Virus record (IMG/VR): IMGVR_UViG_3300011187_000002
Source: a virus
Lineage: Duplodnaviria > Heunggongvirae > Uroviricota > Caudoviricetes
Length of the DNA: 64,000 nt
Direction: 5' to 3' (one strand)
Made by a program: the position numbers and the translations under genes. Of the stretch, positions 44,670 through 53,800 are shown in pieces (positions within the stretch are counted from its first letter, which is position 1; the number at the start of each line of letters is the position of its first letter). The notes beneath the pieces were generated by a model. The model made no database searches and was not told where the DNA came from. It saw only the letters and a program-made list of their open reading frames with translations.

Positions 44670-45161
44670 TTACGTAATAGCTTCCAGATGCGCCCACAAC
44701 GAGGCAGTCTCAGGGGCGTCTACGAAAAGGGCTTTGCGGAATTCGGGCTGCTCTTTGCAATACATACCGTACAGACCCCGCTTTCCCGTGGCTATGCAAT
44801 TCTCTACGTTGGCAATTCGATCGGCCAACTTAATGAGGGTGGCCGATACATCCCCCTTAATCTTGGGGTAAGTCTTAGCCTTACGTTCCTTACGGTTAGC
44901 GCCCGGCTCATCGGTCACACGTTGCACGATGTCGGCTACCACATCGCCCACAAGGGCTTGTACGTCTTCGACGGTGGTATCGGTATCCTCTACCACATCG
45001 TGAAGCCATGCGGCCACGTGAAGGTCGGTGTCGTCGAAACCAAAACGGGTCAGGACATTCGCTACCTGTACCAAATGGTACGTGTAGGGCTGACTTCCAT
45101 ACATCTGCCCTTTATGGGCTTTTGCCGCGAAGTCTTGCGCTGTCTGTATAGAGTCACTCAT
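44670..45161 (-). CDS. small alarmone hydrolase (RelA/SpoT-type HD domain (p)ppGpp hydrolase)
   Basis: 163 aa; HLVQVANVL...VAAWLHDVVEDT...IKLADRIANVEN matches SpoT hydrolase signature (H..HD.vEDT ... KLADRLhNmr). Confidence 0.75.
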   Translation of the reverse strand: MSDSIQTAQDFAAKAHKGQMYGSQPYTYHLVQVANVLTRFGFDDTDLHVAAWLHDVVEDTDTTVEDVQALVGDVVADIVQRVTDEPGANRKERKAKTYPKIKGDVSATLIKLADRIANVENCIATGKRGLYGMYCKEQPEFRKALFVDAPETASLWAHLEAIT

Positions 45162-45168
45162 AGTATCA

Positions 45169-45197
45169 CCTATACCTTAAACGTCCTGACCCGTCAA
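45169..45197 (-). promoter_or_regulatory. sigma70-like promoter (TTGACG-17-TATAGG), near-leaderless
   Basis: minus strand TTGACGggtcaggacgtttaaggTATAGG; -10 ends 7 nt before the ATG at 45161. Confidence 0.45.
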
Positions 45198-45199
45198 GT

Positions 45200-46897
45200 T
45201 TATTCATCTTCGTCGGGCTTATTGTCCTTCGAAGCGAATCCGATAGCACACGAAGTCGTAATCAAAAGAGACGATACCGACACCGCGTTCTTGATTCCCT
45301 CTTCGACAACCAGTACCGGGTCAACGATACCAGCTTCAAAGCAGGGACGAATCTCTTCGGCGTTCACATCGAACACAAGATCCGGCGTCTCACGCTTTTC
45401 GACTTCCGTGCGGTACTGGTGCAACAGCACTTCCGGCGAAAGGCCCGCATTTTTCACGATTTGCTGGAACGGGGCTTCAAGAGCCTTGGCTACCAGAACC
45501 CAACCAGCTTTCTCTTCCTCGTTGACGAACACCGTCTCCTCGTCCTCCGCCAAGATGTTGAGCATGTTGGAGACTTCGATCAATGTGCAACCTCCTCCGG
45601 GACACACACCACCTTTCACAGCGGCTTTCGTGGCGCTGAGGGCGTCTTCCACACGGGCCTTGTACTCCTTGAGTTCAACCTCCGAATTGGCACCAACCCG
45701 GATCACAGCCATACCACCACCAAGCTGGCTGATACGCTGTTGGGTGAATTCCTGATCGTGCGGGCTACCGGAAAGTTTGACCTGTCCGCGAAGGACTTTG
45801 ATGCGTTGTGCAATAGCATCATCTTCGCCGTCACCACCCAAGAAGGTCGTGTGTTGCTTGGCAGCGGACGCCGTGGCGCAACCACCCAGATAGTCACCGG
45901 GATGTACCGACTTGAACGTGATTCCCTTTTCCGGGGAAATAACTTGACCACCCGTGAGGACCGCAAGGTCTTCGAGTACCTGCGACCGCTTGTCCCCAAT
46001 GCGTGGAGCTTTCACGGCACATGCCTTGAGCTTACCCTGCAAGTGGTTGGTAATCAGCATCGCAAGGGCTTCACCTTCCACATCATGTGCTACGACGAAC
46101 AAGGGGCGTCGCTGGGATGCCGCGTGCTCCATCGCACTCATGATGTCTTGGGCGGATGAAATGCGCTTGTCAGCCAACAGAACCAGAGGGTTCTCTAGGC
46201 TCACGACACCATCTTCTTCCATTCGGGCGAAGTCCGGGTTCAGGTATCCCCGGTCCAGTTGCATACCCTCGGAAAACTCCAGAACGGTGTTGGTGGACTT
46301 GCCTTCTTCAACGGAGATCACACCACCCTTGCCGACTTTTTCCATCGCTTCGGCGATCATTTCACCGAGGGCTTCGTCGCCGTTCGAAGAGATAGTAGCA
46401 ACCCATTTGATTTCTTCGACGTTATCGACCTCTTTGGCGAGGTAACGGAGGTAATTCACACCCTCGGCTACGGCCCGGTCCATACCGCGCTTCAGAGGGA
46501 TCGGGGAAAGTCCTGAAGCCACCATCTTGCGGGCTTCGTTGAAAAGCGCCTGTGCGATAACCGTTGCGGTCGTCGTACCGTCACCTGCCATTTCAGCCGT
46601 GCGGATAGCCGCCTCTTTGATCGTCTGAGCGCCCATGTTCTCGAATCGGTCTTCGATTTCGATTTCACGAGCCACGGACACGCCGTCTTTGGTGACGTTA
46701 GGCTGACCGAACTGCTTTTGCAACGCAACGTTACGTCCACGCGGCCCCAGCGTTACCTTTACCGCATCGGCCAACGTGTTTACGCCCGCTTGCAAACGAT
46801 TGAGCGCTTTGTTGTCAAATAGAATCGTCTTTTTCTGTCCCACAAATTCCTCCGTAATTAACCAAATAAACCCGATATATCGGGCGGGCTTGCCCAC
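45200..46897 (-). CDS. groL: chaperonin GroEL (Cpn60)
   Basis: 565 aa; canonical GroEL sequence (AVKAP..GDKRSQVLEDLAVLTGG, GGGMAVIRVGA); lacks C-terminal GGM repeats. Confidence 0.9.
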   Translation of the reverse strand: MGKPARYIGFIWLITEEFVGQKKTILFDNKALNRLQAGVNTLADAVKVTLGPRGRNVALQKQFGQPNVTKDGVSVAREIEIEDRFENMGAQTIKEAAIRTAEMAGDGTTTATVIAQALFNEARKMVASGLSPIPLKRGMDRAVAEGVNYLRYLAKEVDNVEEIKWVATISSNGDEALGEMIAEAMEKVGKGGVISVEEGKSTNTVLEFSEGMQLDRGYLNPDFARMEEDGVVSLENPLVLLADKRISSAQDIMSAMEHAASQRRPLFVVAHDVEGEALAMLITNHLQGKLKACAVKAPRIGDKRSQVLEDLAVLTGGQVISPEKGITFKSVHPGDYLGGCATASAAKQHTTFLGGDGEDDAIAQRIKVLRGQVKLSGSPHDQEFTQQRISQLGGGMAVIRVGANSEVELKEYKARVEDALSATKAAVKGGVCPGGGCTLIEVSNMLNILAEDEETVFVNEEEKAGWVLVAKALEAPFQQIVKNAGLSPEVLLHQYRTEVEKRETPDLVFDVNAEEIRPCFEAGIVDPVLVVEEGIKNAVSVSSLLITTSCAIGFASKDNKPDEDE

Positions 46898-47742
46898 AGA
46901 TCACTAAGACCGTGATCGCTAACTTCAACTGCTGGTTCAACTTTTTGCCGCTTTATCTCCGCCTTTTCCACATCGTACTCAAACACGACCTCCGTCTGTG
47001 ACAACGGCAGGTCTCGGAGCTTCGCTTTAGCCTCCGTCGTATCCACGCCGTACTTATCATGAAAACGTTTCAGCCGGGAGTACGTCCGCATCCGGTCGTG
47101 TGTATGTAAAATTTCAACGGGCAACTCGCCCTTGAGCTTTTTGTCCAAAACATCGAGCGGCGGCGAACTGTCCACTGTAATCAATCGCTCTCTATTGTAC
47201 CCATACATACAAATGTCAAGGTCAAATGTTGCTACGATTTCATCCAGCGTCCTACAATGCGTGTAGCACATTATCTGGACGGGATACCCAAAAGCAACGC
47301 CACCCCTATCAAGGGTCGTATCAAATGGGTCGTCTGGTCCAATATGCCCGTTAGCAATCCGGTCACGGCGATCTACTTCATCGATATCAACCACTTCACC
47401 TAACACAACCACAGCATCCTTGTCTTGGATACGAGTGATCGACGTGGAATCTACAACCGACCATACGTGATGAGTCGGGCTGAAATGTGATAGGATCTGA
47501 CTGACTTTGGTGCGAAGTAATTGCCCCACACTGTCTTTCATGAGGCGGGCAAAGACGCCACGCTTGTTACCCCCGGTGATAAATACGTCGATGTCCTTCG
47601 GGTCGTTACCGGTAAGGATGTCCCTTACCGCACCGCCCGCGATCATCATATTGTGTGGACCGGTATCGGGGAAAGCCTTTTGGAGTTCCGTATAAACGAA
47701 ATCCAGCTTCCGAAGACGTGCCAAAGGGGTTGTGATCGTCAT
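46858..47742 (-). CDS. class II nucleotidyltransferase, minimal CCA/poly(A)-polymerase-family head-neck protein
   Basis: 294 aa; motif A MMIAGGAVRDILTGNDPKDIDVFI (GGxVRD...DxD), motif B DRRDRIANG (RRD). Confidence 0.6.
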   Translation of the reverse strand: MTITTPLARLRKLDFVYTELQKAFPDTGPHNMMIAGGAVRDILTGNDPKDIDVFITGGNKRGVFARLMKDSVGQLLRTKVSQILSHFSPTHHVWSVVDSTSITRIQDKDAVVVLGEVVDIDEVDRRDRIANGHIGPDDPFDTTLDRGGVAFGYPVQIMCYTHCRTLDEIVATFDLDICMYGYNRERLITVDSSPPLDVLDKKLKGELPVEILHTHDRMRTYSRLKRFHDKYGVDTTEAKAKLRDLPLSQTEVVFEYDVEKAEIKRQKVEPAVEVSDHGLSDLWASPPDISGLFG

Positions 47743-47776
47743 AGTAGTAATTCAAACGAAAGCGTTAGCAATGGTG

Positions 47777-47805
47777 ATTATAGGGGGCGATCAACTAAAT
47801 GTCAA
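47777..47805 (-). promoter_or_regulatory. sigma70 consensus promoter (TTGACA-17-TATAAT)
   Basis: minus strand TTGACAtttagttgatcgcccccTATAAT upstream of ORF start 47742. Confidence 0.55.
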
Positions 47806-48149
47806 GTCTTGGGATTTAGATAAACTCCCGCTTCCGGGAGACACTCAAAGGACTCTGTAATCTGATCTGCTTCGAGTGTTTCCACGGCCCAATGTCCGGC
47901 GTGGGAATGCTCCAGTCGGTACGCTTTACCTGACGTCGGATTCAAAAGAAAATCCCGAAGGGGCAGCCGGTCGTTAACCAAATCTTGATATTGATCTTCA
48001 GTGGCCGCCACGCAAAGAATCAGGTCATATTCGGTACCCTCTTCGGACAGATAATGTGCCCATGCCTGATTGTTGGCGTCAAAGCCGAAACGTAACAAAG
48101 TGGCCCCATTATACGTGACCACATCCAATGTGCGTTCAAAGTCGATCAT
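47802..48149 (-). CDS. hypothetical protein
   Basis: 115-aa ORF. Confidence 0.45.
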   Translation of the reverse strand: MIDFERTLDVVTYNGATLLRFGFDANNQAWAHYLSEEGTEYDLILCVAATEDQYQDLVNDRLPLRDFLLNPTSGKAYRLEHSHAGHWAVETLEADQITESFECLPEAGVYLNPKT

Positions 48150-48874
48150 ACTTTTTCCAATTCTTCAACCACGTTAAGCATCGTCTTAGTTGCTACCTTG
48201 TTCTCAGCGCTATCTTTTGCCATGCGATACAGTTCTTGGGCAAGCTCCTTATCGATATACGAAAGCATCTCGACTACCGACATACCTTTATAGCCCGGAC
48301 CTAGAATTCGCAAAGAGACGTCCGAATCACTTTGATAACTCCACTTCACCCGGAACAGCTTGATGTAAAAATGCCCGCTGTCCAATTCGACCTGCGTCTT
48401 GTAGTAATCTTGGACGTACTTCTTATTGCCAATCCCAACGTGATCAGCCGACACATGCGCCATGTTTCCTGTTTCCCACTCGACGTCCCCCTCATAGGTT
48501 TTGTTGATGATAGCGTTCGCCCATTTCACGACGTACTTCTTACGGGCGTCCTTTAGGTAATAGAGCTTTTTAGCCTCGGGTTCGTCCGGGGCACCATCAT
48601 CTAGGACCACTTCGTCCTCTTCGATCACCTCACCATCTTCGTTTAAGAGGCGCTCGAAAAGCTCGATAGCTTCATCGTGATCGTCAAGCATCAGAAACTT
48701 CTCAGACGTGTCCAAATTCTCGTCGCCAAGGACTTGGGAAACCCGAGCTTCACGCATCTCTTCGAGCATCTTGCCTTGGTTATCAAGCTGTTTTTTGGCG
48801 GGCACTGAAAAGGAAAGGAGGTGGTAAATCAGATACGTAAGCCCGATAAACAAAAGGATGGTATTAACTTCCAT
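48146..48874 (-). CDS. hypothetical membrane-anchored protein
   Basis: 242 aa; N-terminal TM ILLFIGLTYLIYHLLSF. Confidence 0.5.
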   Translation of the reverse strand: MEVNTILLFIGLTYLIYHLLSFSVPAKKQLDNQGKMLEEMREARVSQVLGDENLDTSEKFLMLDDHDEAIELFERLLNEDGEVIEEDEVVLDDGAPDEPEAKKLYYLKDARKKYVVKWANAIINKTYEGDVEWETGNMAHVSADHVGIGNKKYVQDYYKTQVELDSGHFYIKLFRVKWSYQSDSDVSLRILGPGYKGMSVVEMLSYIDKELAQELYRMAKDSAENKVATKTMLNVVEELEKV

Positions 48875-48893
48875 TGATCCTACAACCTCTACT

Positions 48894-49607
48894 TTAGATT
48901 TCGAGGAAAGCGAAGTCGTGAGGTCCGCCGTGGCGGATCATATCAACACATCTCCATTCACATCCTCGGTACGTGCCACTCATCTTGCGATGATAATGGC
49001 CGAAATACCAACGTTCGGGGTGAACCATATCTAATACGTGTTGAAGGAACTTACGATTCCCGTCCACCACATCATTGCCAGTATATACGCAGGCTTCCGA
49101 AACGTCAATACCACCGGGACAGTCGTGGCTTATGACGGTGTGGATAGGGATCACCTCCGGGTCTGTCTTGGCCCGTTCTTGATACGTATCAATAGCTTGG
49201 AGGATATACTCTTGCTCGGCATACGATATGTTCTCTTCCGGCCACCAATCAAGGCCCCGCTGTCTATGCTCGGCGTCGATGGAACGTGCTCCACCGATGA
49301 ATAAAATACCCTGTCGGATAGCTCCCCGTGGGATATACTCCCATTGGCCATACACCAGTTCGTCGGATTCCAGTTCACGGAGCATTTCGTGGTCGTCGTG
49401 GTTCCCGTCGATAAACCAGCACGGGTGATCGAACTCACGTTCCCATCTATTTTTGGGGTCCAGACGAGGGAAAAAGCCGAAGTCCCCCAACTGAATCATG
49501 AGATCAATCCGGTCCTTATAAACTTGACGGATCACATCGTAAAGGGCGTCAGCTTGGTCGAAACGTCCGTGTATGTCGCCTAACAGCAGGATGTTCATTG
49601 GTACCAC
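48894..49607 (-). CDS. calcineurin-like metallophosphoesterase (Ser/Thr phosphatase family)
   Basis: motifs LLGDIHG, GDFG, GNHDDHE, GHYH. Confidence 0.75.
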   Translation of the reverse strand: MVPMNILLLGDIHGRFDQADALYDVIRQVYKDRIDLMIQLGDFGFFPRLDPKNRWEREFDHPCWFIDGNHDDHEMLRELESDELVYGQWEYIPRGAIRQGILFIGGARSIDAEHRQRGLDWWPEENISYAEQEYILQAIDTYQERAKTDPEVIPIHTVISHDCPGGIDVSEACVYTGNDVVDGNRKFLQHVLDMVHPERWYFGHYHRKMSGTYRGCEWRCVDMIRHGGPHDFAFLEI

Positions 49608-49635
49608 CTCAGATCAAGTGTAATGGGAAATATCT

Positions 49636-49661
49636 CAAAAGAAAACCCCCGTCTCCGGGGG
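49636..49661 (-). terminator. rho-independent terminator
   Basis: minus strand GCCCCCG-gaga-CGGGGGC followed by TTTTCTTTTG. Confidence 0.6.
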
Positions 49662-49739
49662 CTTCCATTCACACAACATCCAGTATTCAGGCAGTCCAAC
49701 ACTTCCGTAATGCAACTGAGATCACACGCGGAAGGCTTA

Positions 49740-49934
49740 GTCGTCCTTTTTGTCGTCGTCCTTATCCTTTTTCTTCTTGGCTTCCTCTTGCTTTTTCTAG
49801 GCCTGCTCACGCAGTGCCGGGGGCAAGTTTTCCAAGCCGCCAGCCTTTTTGACCTTCTTCTTGCACTTGACGCAATAGCCGGTCTGCTCCAGAACCTTCG
49901 TGCCTCAATTCGGGCATTCGAAAGTGTCCGCAGC
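49740..49934 (-). pseudogene. decayed zinc-ribbon module (copy of upstream gene's CPxC...CxxC knuckle) with TGA at Cys codon and later TAG, no start codon
   Basis: minus-strand -1 frame relative to 269-aa gene reads ...SKVSCGHFECPN*GTKVLEQTGYCVKCKKKVKKAGGLENLPPALREQA*KKQEE..., versus intact ...GSTFTCPHCEGKVLEQTKYCVSCQKKVKK in the gene. Confidence 0.4.
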
Positions 49935-50744
49935 TTACTTTAGAATGGGAAGGAGCGCCCCACGAAGCTCGGGCTTATTGTACGCAAGCCGAATAAGATC
50001 ATCGCGTAGTGCGCTTTCACGCTCTTTCTTGAGCTTGTCCTTGTATTTCTCGTTCATCGCCTCCCACTCCGCCGCTTCCTCGGGCGTCATGTTCTGCGTG
50101 GGATCGGCGGGGACACCTTCTTCGAATCGAGCTCGCCTGCGTGTGGCAGATTTCTTGACCTTCTTTTGGCAACTCACGCAGTATTTTGTCTGCTCGAGCA
50201 CCTTACCCTCACAGTGGGGGCACGTGAATGTGGATCCGTCGGCCTGCCGGTTTCGGCTCGACGCGTTCCTGTCGAAAAGACTCTCATCAAGGGCCTCAAG
50301 GAGTTCGGTGCGCCAGTTTTTGAGATAGTCGACGAACCCAGCTTCAAGATCCGCATAGGACTCATCCCGATAGGCGGGATCCTGTTTCGCGCTGTACGCC
50401 AACTCCTCAGCGATGGCCCCGTAATTTCTACGATCAAGATCCTTGAGGGTTTCCTTTCTCAGATCCCAAGCCCAGGTGAGGAATCCAGGGATGTGCTGAC
50501 TGCTGCCGTAATTTTCGGTGTACCCTTGGTTCCAACCGGCCAAGTGGTCCTCGGCGTCGGAGGTGTCGAAGGCAAAGCGGCGTCTGTGCGTTTCGGTGCG
50601 TCTCATAGCGTAACCCTCGTGGGGGAATTCTGCGATTTTGAAGGTGTCTTTGTTGCCCGCATCCCGGAGAAGGGGCACGAGGTCCTCTCGGATCTCAGGA
50701 TTGTCATAGGCGAGCTTGATGATGGCTTTGCGTAGATCAGTCAT
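49935..50744 (-). CDS. zinc-ribbon protein with N- and C-terminal copies of the 'LAY..PELR..L.PIL' head module
   Basis: 269 aa; N-terminal MTDLRKAIIKLAYDNPEIREDLVPLLRDA, C-terminal DDLIRLAYNKPELRGALLPILK, central CPHC...CVSC. Confidence 0.55.
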   Translation of the reverse strand: MTDLRKAIIKLAYDNPEIREDLVPLLRDAGNKDTFKIAEFPHEGYAMRRTETHRRRFAFDTSDAEDHLAGWNQGYTENYGSSQHIPGFLTWAWDLRKETLKDLDRRNYGAIAEELAYSAKQDPAYRDESYADLEAGFVDYLKNWRTELLEALDESLFDRNASSRNRQADGSTFTCPHCEGKVLEQTKYCVSCQKKVKKSATRRRARFEEGVPADPTQNMTPEEAAEWEAMNEKYKDKLKKERESALRDDLIRLAYNKPELRGALLPILK

Positions 50745-50783
50745 AACAGGGCACCTTCTAGTGTCTAAAAATTACAAGTTGAG

Positions 50784-50801
50784 GGGGCCTTATGGCCCCC
50801 G
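50784..50801 (-). other. stable GC hairpin between sheath gene and downstream gene (terminator-like / mRNA-stabilising)
   Basis: GGGGGCC-ttat-GGCCCCC perfect 7-bp stem; weak T-tract 13 nt after on minus strand. Confidence 0.4.
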
Positions 50802-50811
50802 TTGCATCCGT

Positions 50812-53800
50812 TTACAGTGAGTTCGCGCTTCCGATCGTGTACGTGATCGGGATGTACTTCAAGGGGAAGATCGGTGCGTAAAAAGCACTGACTCGAAGTA
50901 CGGTCGGATCGTTAGGATCCGGCTCGGCACGAACACCCTTGAAGTCTACAATGATCTGCTGCTCCATAAGGGTGTTAAGTAGTCCCGAAAGGGCCAACTC
51001 TACATCCTGCGCCCGGCTGGTGAGGAACTTCAAACCGATGAAACGGTCCAAGCTCTTGCGTGCCTGTTGCTGGACGTGATCCTTAATAGCGACAATCGAA
51101 GGCGTTGACGTGAACCGGTTGGTAACGTCGGTGGTTAGACCGTCACGTACCTGTAGGAACGATCCTCGATCTTCGAGGACTGTAACACCACCGACAGCAA
51201 GCTGGTTCTTTTCGATCTCATCAAGCGATCGGTTAAGGCGTCTGAAACCGACAAGGCGACGTCGTGTTAACGGGGTTGCAACATCGAACTGCGGACTTAC
51301 CAGAACACCGGCAAGTGCCGCCGCTACATACGTTCCGTCGACGATGAAACTCTCATCTTCCCCAAGCTCGTTCGTCAGTGTGACGATTGCGCTATCGGGG
51401 TATACGAGAATCGACCGTCCGCTCTTGAGGCTCTTCGCGATGTTAGCCGCGTCTTCAGGACGAGTGCCCGAAGCAACACCGAAGATGCACCGGCGTTCCT
51501 GACGGAAACGCTGGCTCGACTGGATCTCGGAGTGGTTAACATAGGCACCCATAACATCCGGGTCCGTCGTAAGAGGGACCAAAAGATCAGGGGTAATGCC
51601 CGAAGCCAGCGGCTTTTTAAGCTCTTCCAAAGCGTCCATGAACGCCGCTGTAGGAGCTTGACTGAAGCCGGGGGTCTTTAGTACCTGCTTGCACCCGACG
51701 ATGACCGCACCGTTCAACACAGCGAGGTATGACGCCAAAGTAAGCGGGTTCTCAGCGGACAGCTTGCCGTAATTGCGCTGAATGTCCCGGAACCGAGTGA
51801 ACAGACGGGTTGAGAAATCCGTCTTTTCGTATTCGTAAGAGATATAGTAGAAATCTCCGATTCCCGGCTCGGCACCTGACTTGTTGTAAGTCGTTACTAC
51901 CGCCGTATCACCTACTCCGATATCCGTCGTGTTGTCCACCCGAACTTCAGTGCCCGGAACGGCCTTGACGACTTTGCTGAATCCCGTAGTGAAAGTATCC
52001 GACACATTCAGTGTGAAAGACTGTCCGTCCGTATAATCGCCGGTACCAGCCTCCAAAATCGTGAACCGAAGTCCCGTGTTGGAATCCTGATACGTTTGAC
52101 CAACCACACCTTCGCCGGTTGAGCCGTTGGTAGCCGAAGAGGCCACATCGAACCCATCCCGTGCATCTGTTCCCGCAACCGAATCACCGGCTTCGATCCC
52201 AATGCCCGTATCGTTAAGTGCCGAATCCGTTCCGGTACCAAACGTGAAGGATGCTGTGGAACCTTCCGCGAATGTAGTCAAGCGGAGGTAAGTCCCTTCG
52301 CCCGGCTTTACAAACGTATCAGCAAAGGCCGATGCAATGTACTCGGTAGCAGCCGTTGGGCTGTACCAATCCGAGGCTTGACTGTTCAGAACAGCAGCGA
52401 TCTCGTGGGCTTCAACACGTCGTTGCGAGGCACTATCACCTTCGCTGAATCCAACGTACTGGTTAGCTGTTCCGGCACGAACCTCAATGCGACTCTGGTT
52501 CGTGTCCAAGTTGGAAGTGATGCGGATCTTGTCCGTATCTTCTACGGCCACCGTGGCATCTGTGAGGGCTGCATCCAAAGCGGTCTGGATTGCGCTTACC
52601 GAGGCTAGGCTCGATAGATCCACCGTATGCTCAGTGCCATTTACCGCTACAACAAAGTCTGCGGTAGAAGCGCTATTAAGGGAAGCAAGGTCTGAGGCCG
52701 AGATCGCACCACTAAGAAGCGTAGCTCCTTTGTTAACAGCTTTCTCGGTGCCCTCGGCATACTGGAAGTCAGTGAAACCGAGAGTCCCGTTAGCGTTGCC
52801 GTCCTGCACCCTGATATGGGATGCATCTGCAGGTCCCGAAGGAGACACTTTCGATCGAAGGAGGAAACGCTCATCATCAGCACCCGAATCCCGGTAGCTC
52901 GCTACCAGAATGTTCTCATGCGAATCACCGTTGGTGAAACCAAGGACCGGGTTGGCTGTGCCTGTACCAATCGTAAGGCTTTCAGAAGCCAAGAGTTGGA
53001 CTTTACCCGAACCATCATCAACCGCATGTCCGTCGTTGCCAACAACTGCCGGATCACCTACCGTAAGATTTGCGTTGGTGATCTCGGTGTTAATCAACGT
53101 AGCTAATTGTGCAGCCGTTTGACCTGTCAATGTTCCAAAATCAACATTAACGGGGGTACCGTTCATGTCAAAATCGAAAAGATCATCGGACGCATCGGTG
53201 AATGCAAAGCTCTCCGTTGATGTACCAGTAATAGTAGCATCAGTCGGTACCGACCGCCAGATATCTTCGGCAATGTCAGCACCTGTTCGGCCCAACCCTG
53301 CTGTAAGAGTGACGCTATAGTCCGTACCGTCTACTTCAAACTCAAATACGTCGTTTTCGGTAGCAACGATGTCGTAAGTCGAACCATCGTCATGTCCGTC
53401 AGAAACGGTCACACCGAAAGCAGACTGGTTAAGGTCTACCGTTAGGCTGTTACCGTCTACATCCACATACAAGGTGTCAGACGCATCCGCATAGAGCGAA
53501 TACGGGTCAGCCGCGTAATTCGTGAATACAGCAGGCTCGGCCCCGATCTCTTTGAACGTCACCGTCACGGTTTCGTCCACACCATCAGCGCCCGCAATGA
53601 ATGCGTCCGGGTTAGTTTCCACACCGGAAGGCCACTGGATCGTTTCGTTAACTCCGGTGGTACCGAAATCAACCCCGAAAAGCTGCTCGCCTCTGCGGGA
53701 ACTGTAAACGCTATACTGGCCGGGTGTCGTAGCCGTCGACTGGCTCAAGACTTCGAAGGTTAGTTCATCATCCTGAAGCTGGTTGTACCAATACGTTGCC

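Noticed and set aside
44421-45755. 444-aa plus-strand ORF spanning HD-hydrolase and GroEL loci
   Set aside because: Antisense to two confidently identified genes and crosses an intergenic promoter or terminator; spurious.
49905-49907. In-frame TGA at the CPxC position read as selenocysteine, or stop-codon reassignment in this genome
   Set aside because: Many ORFs, some over 1500 codons, are intact under the standard code. The remnant also has a TAG and no start codon, and no SECIS-like element or sel genes are seen, so a nonsense mutation in a decaying duplicate is more parsimonious.
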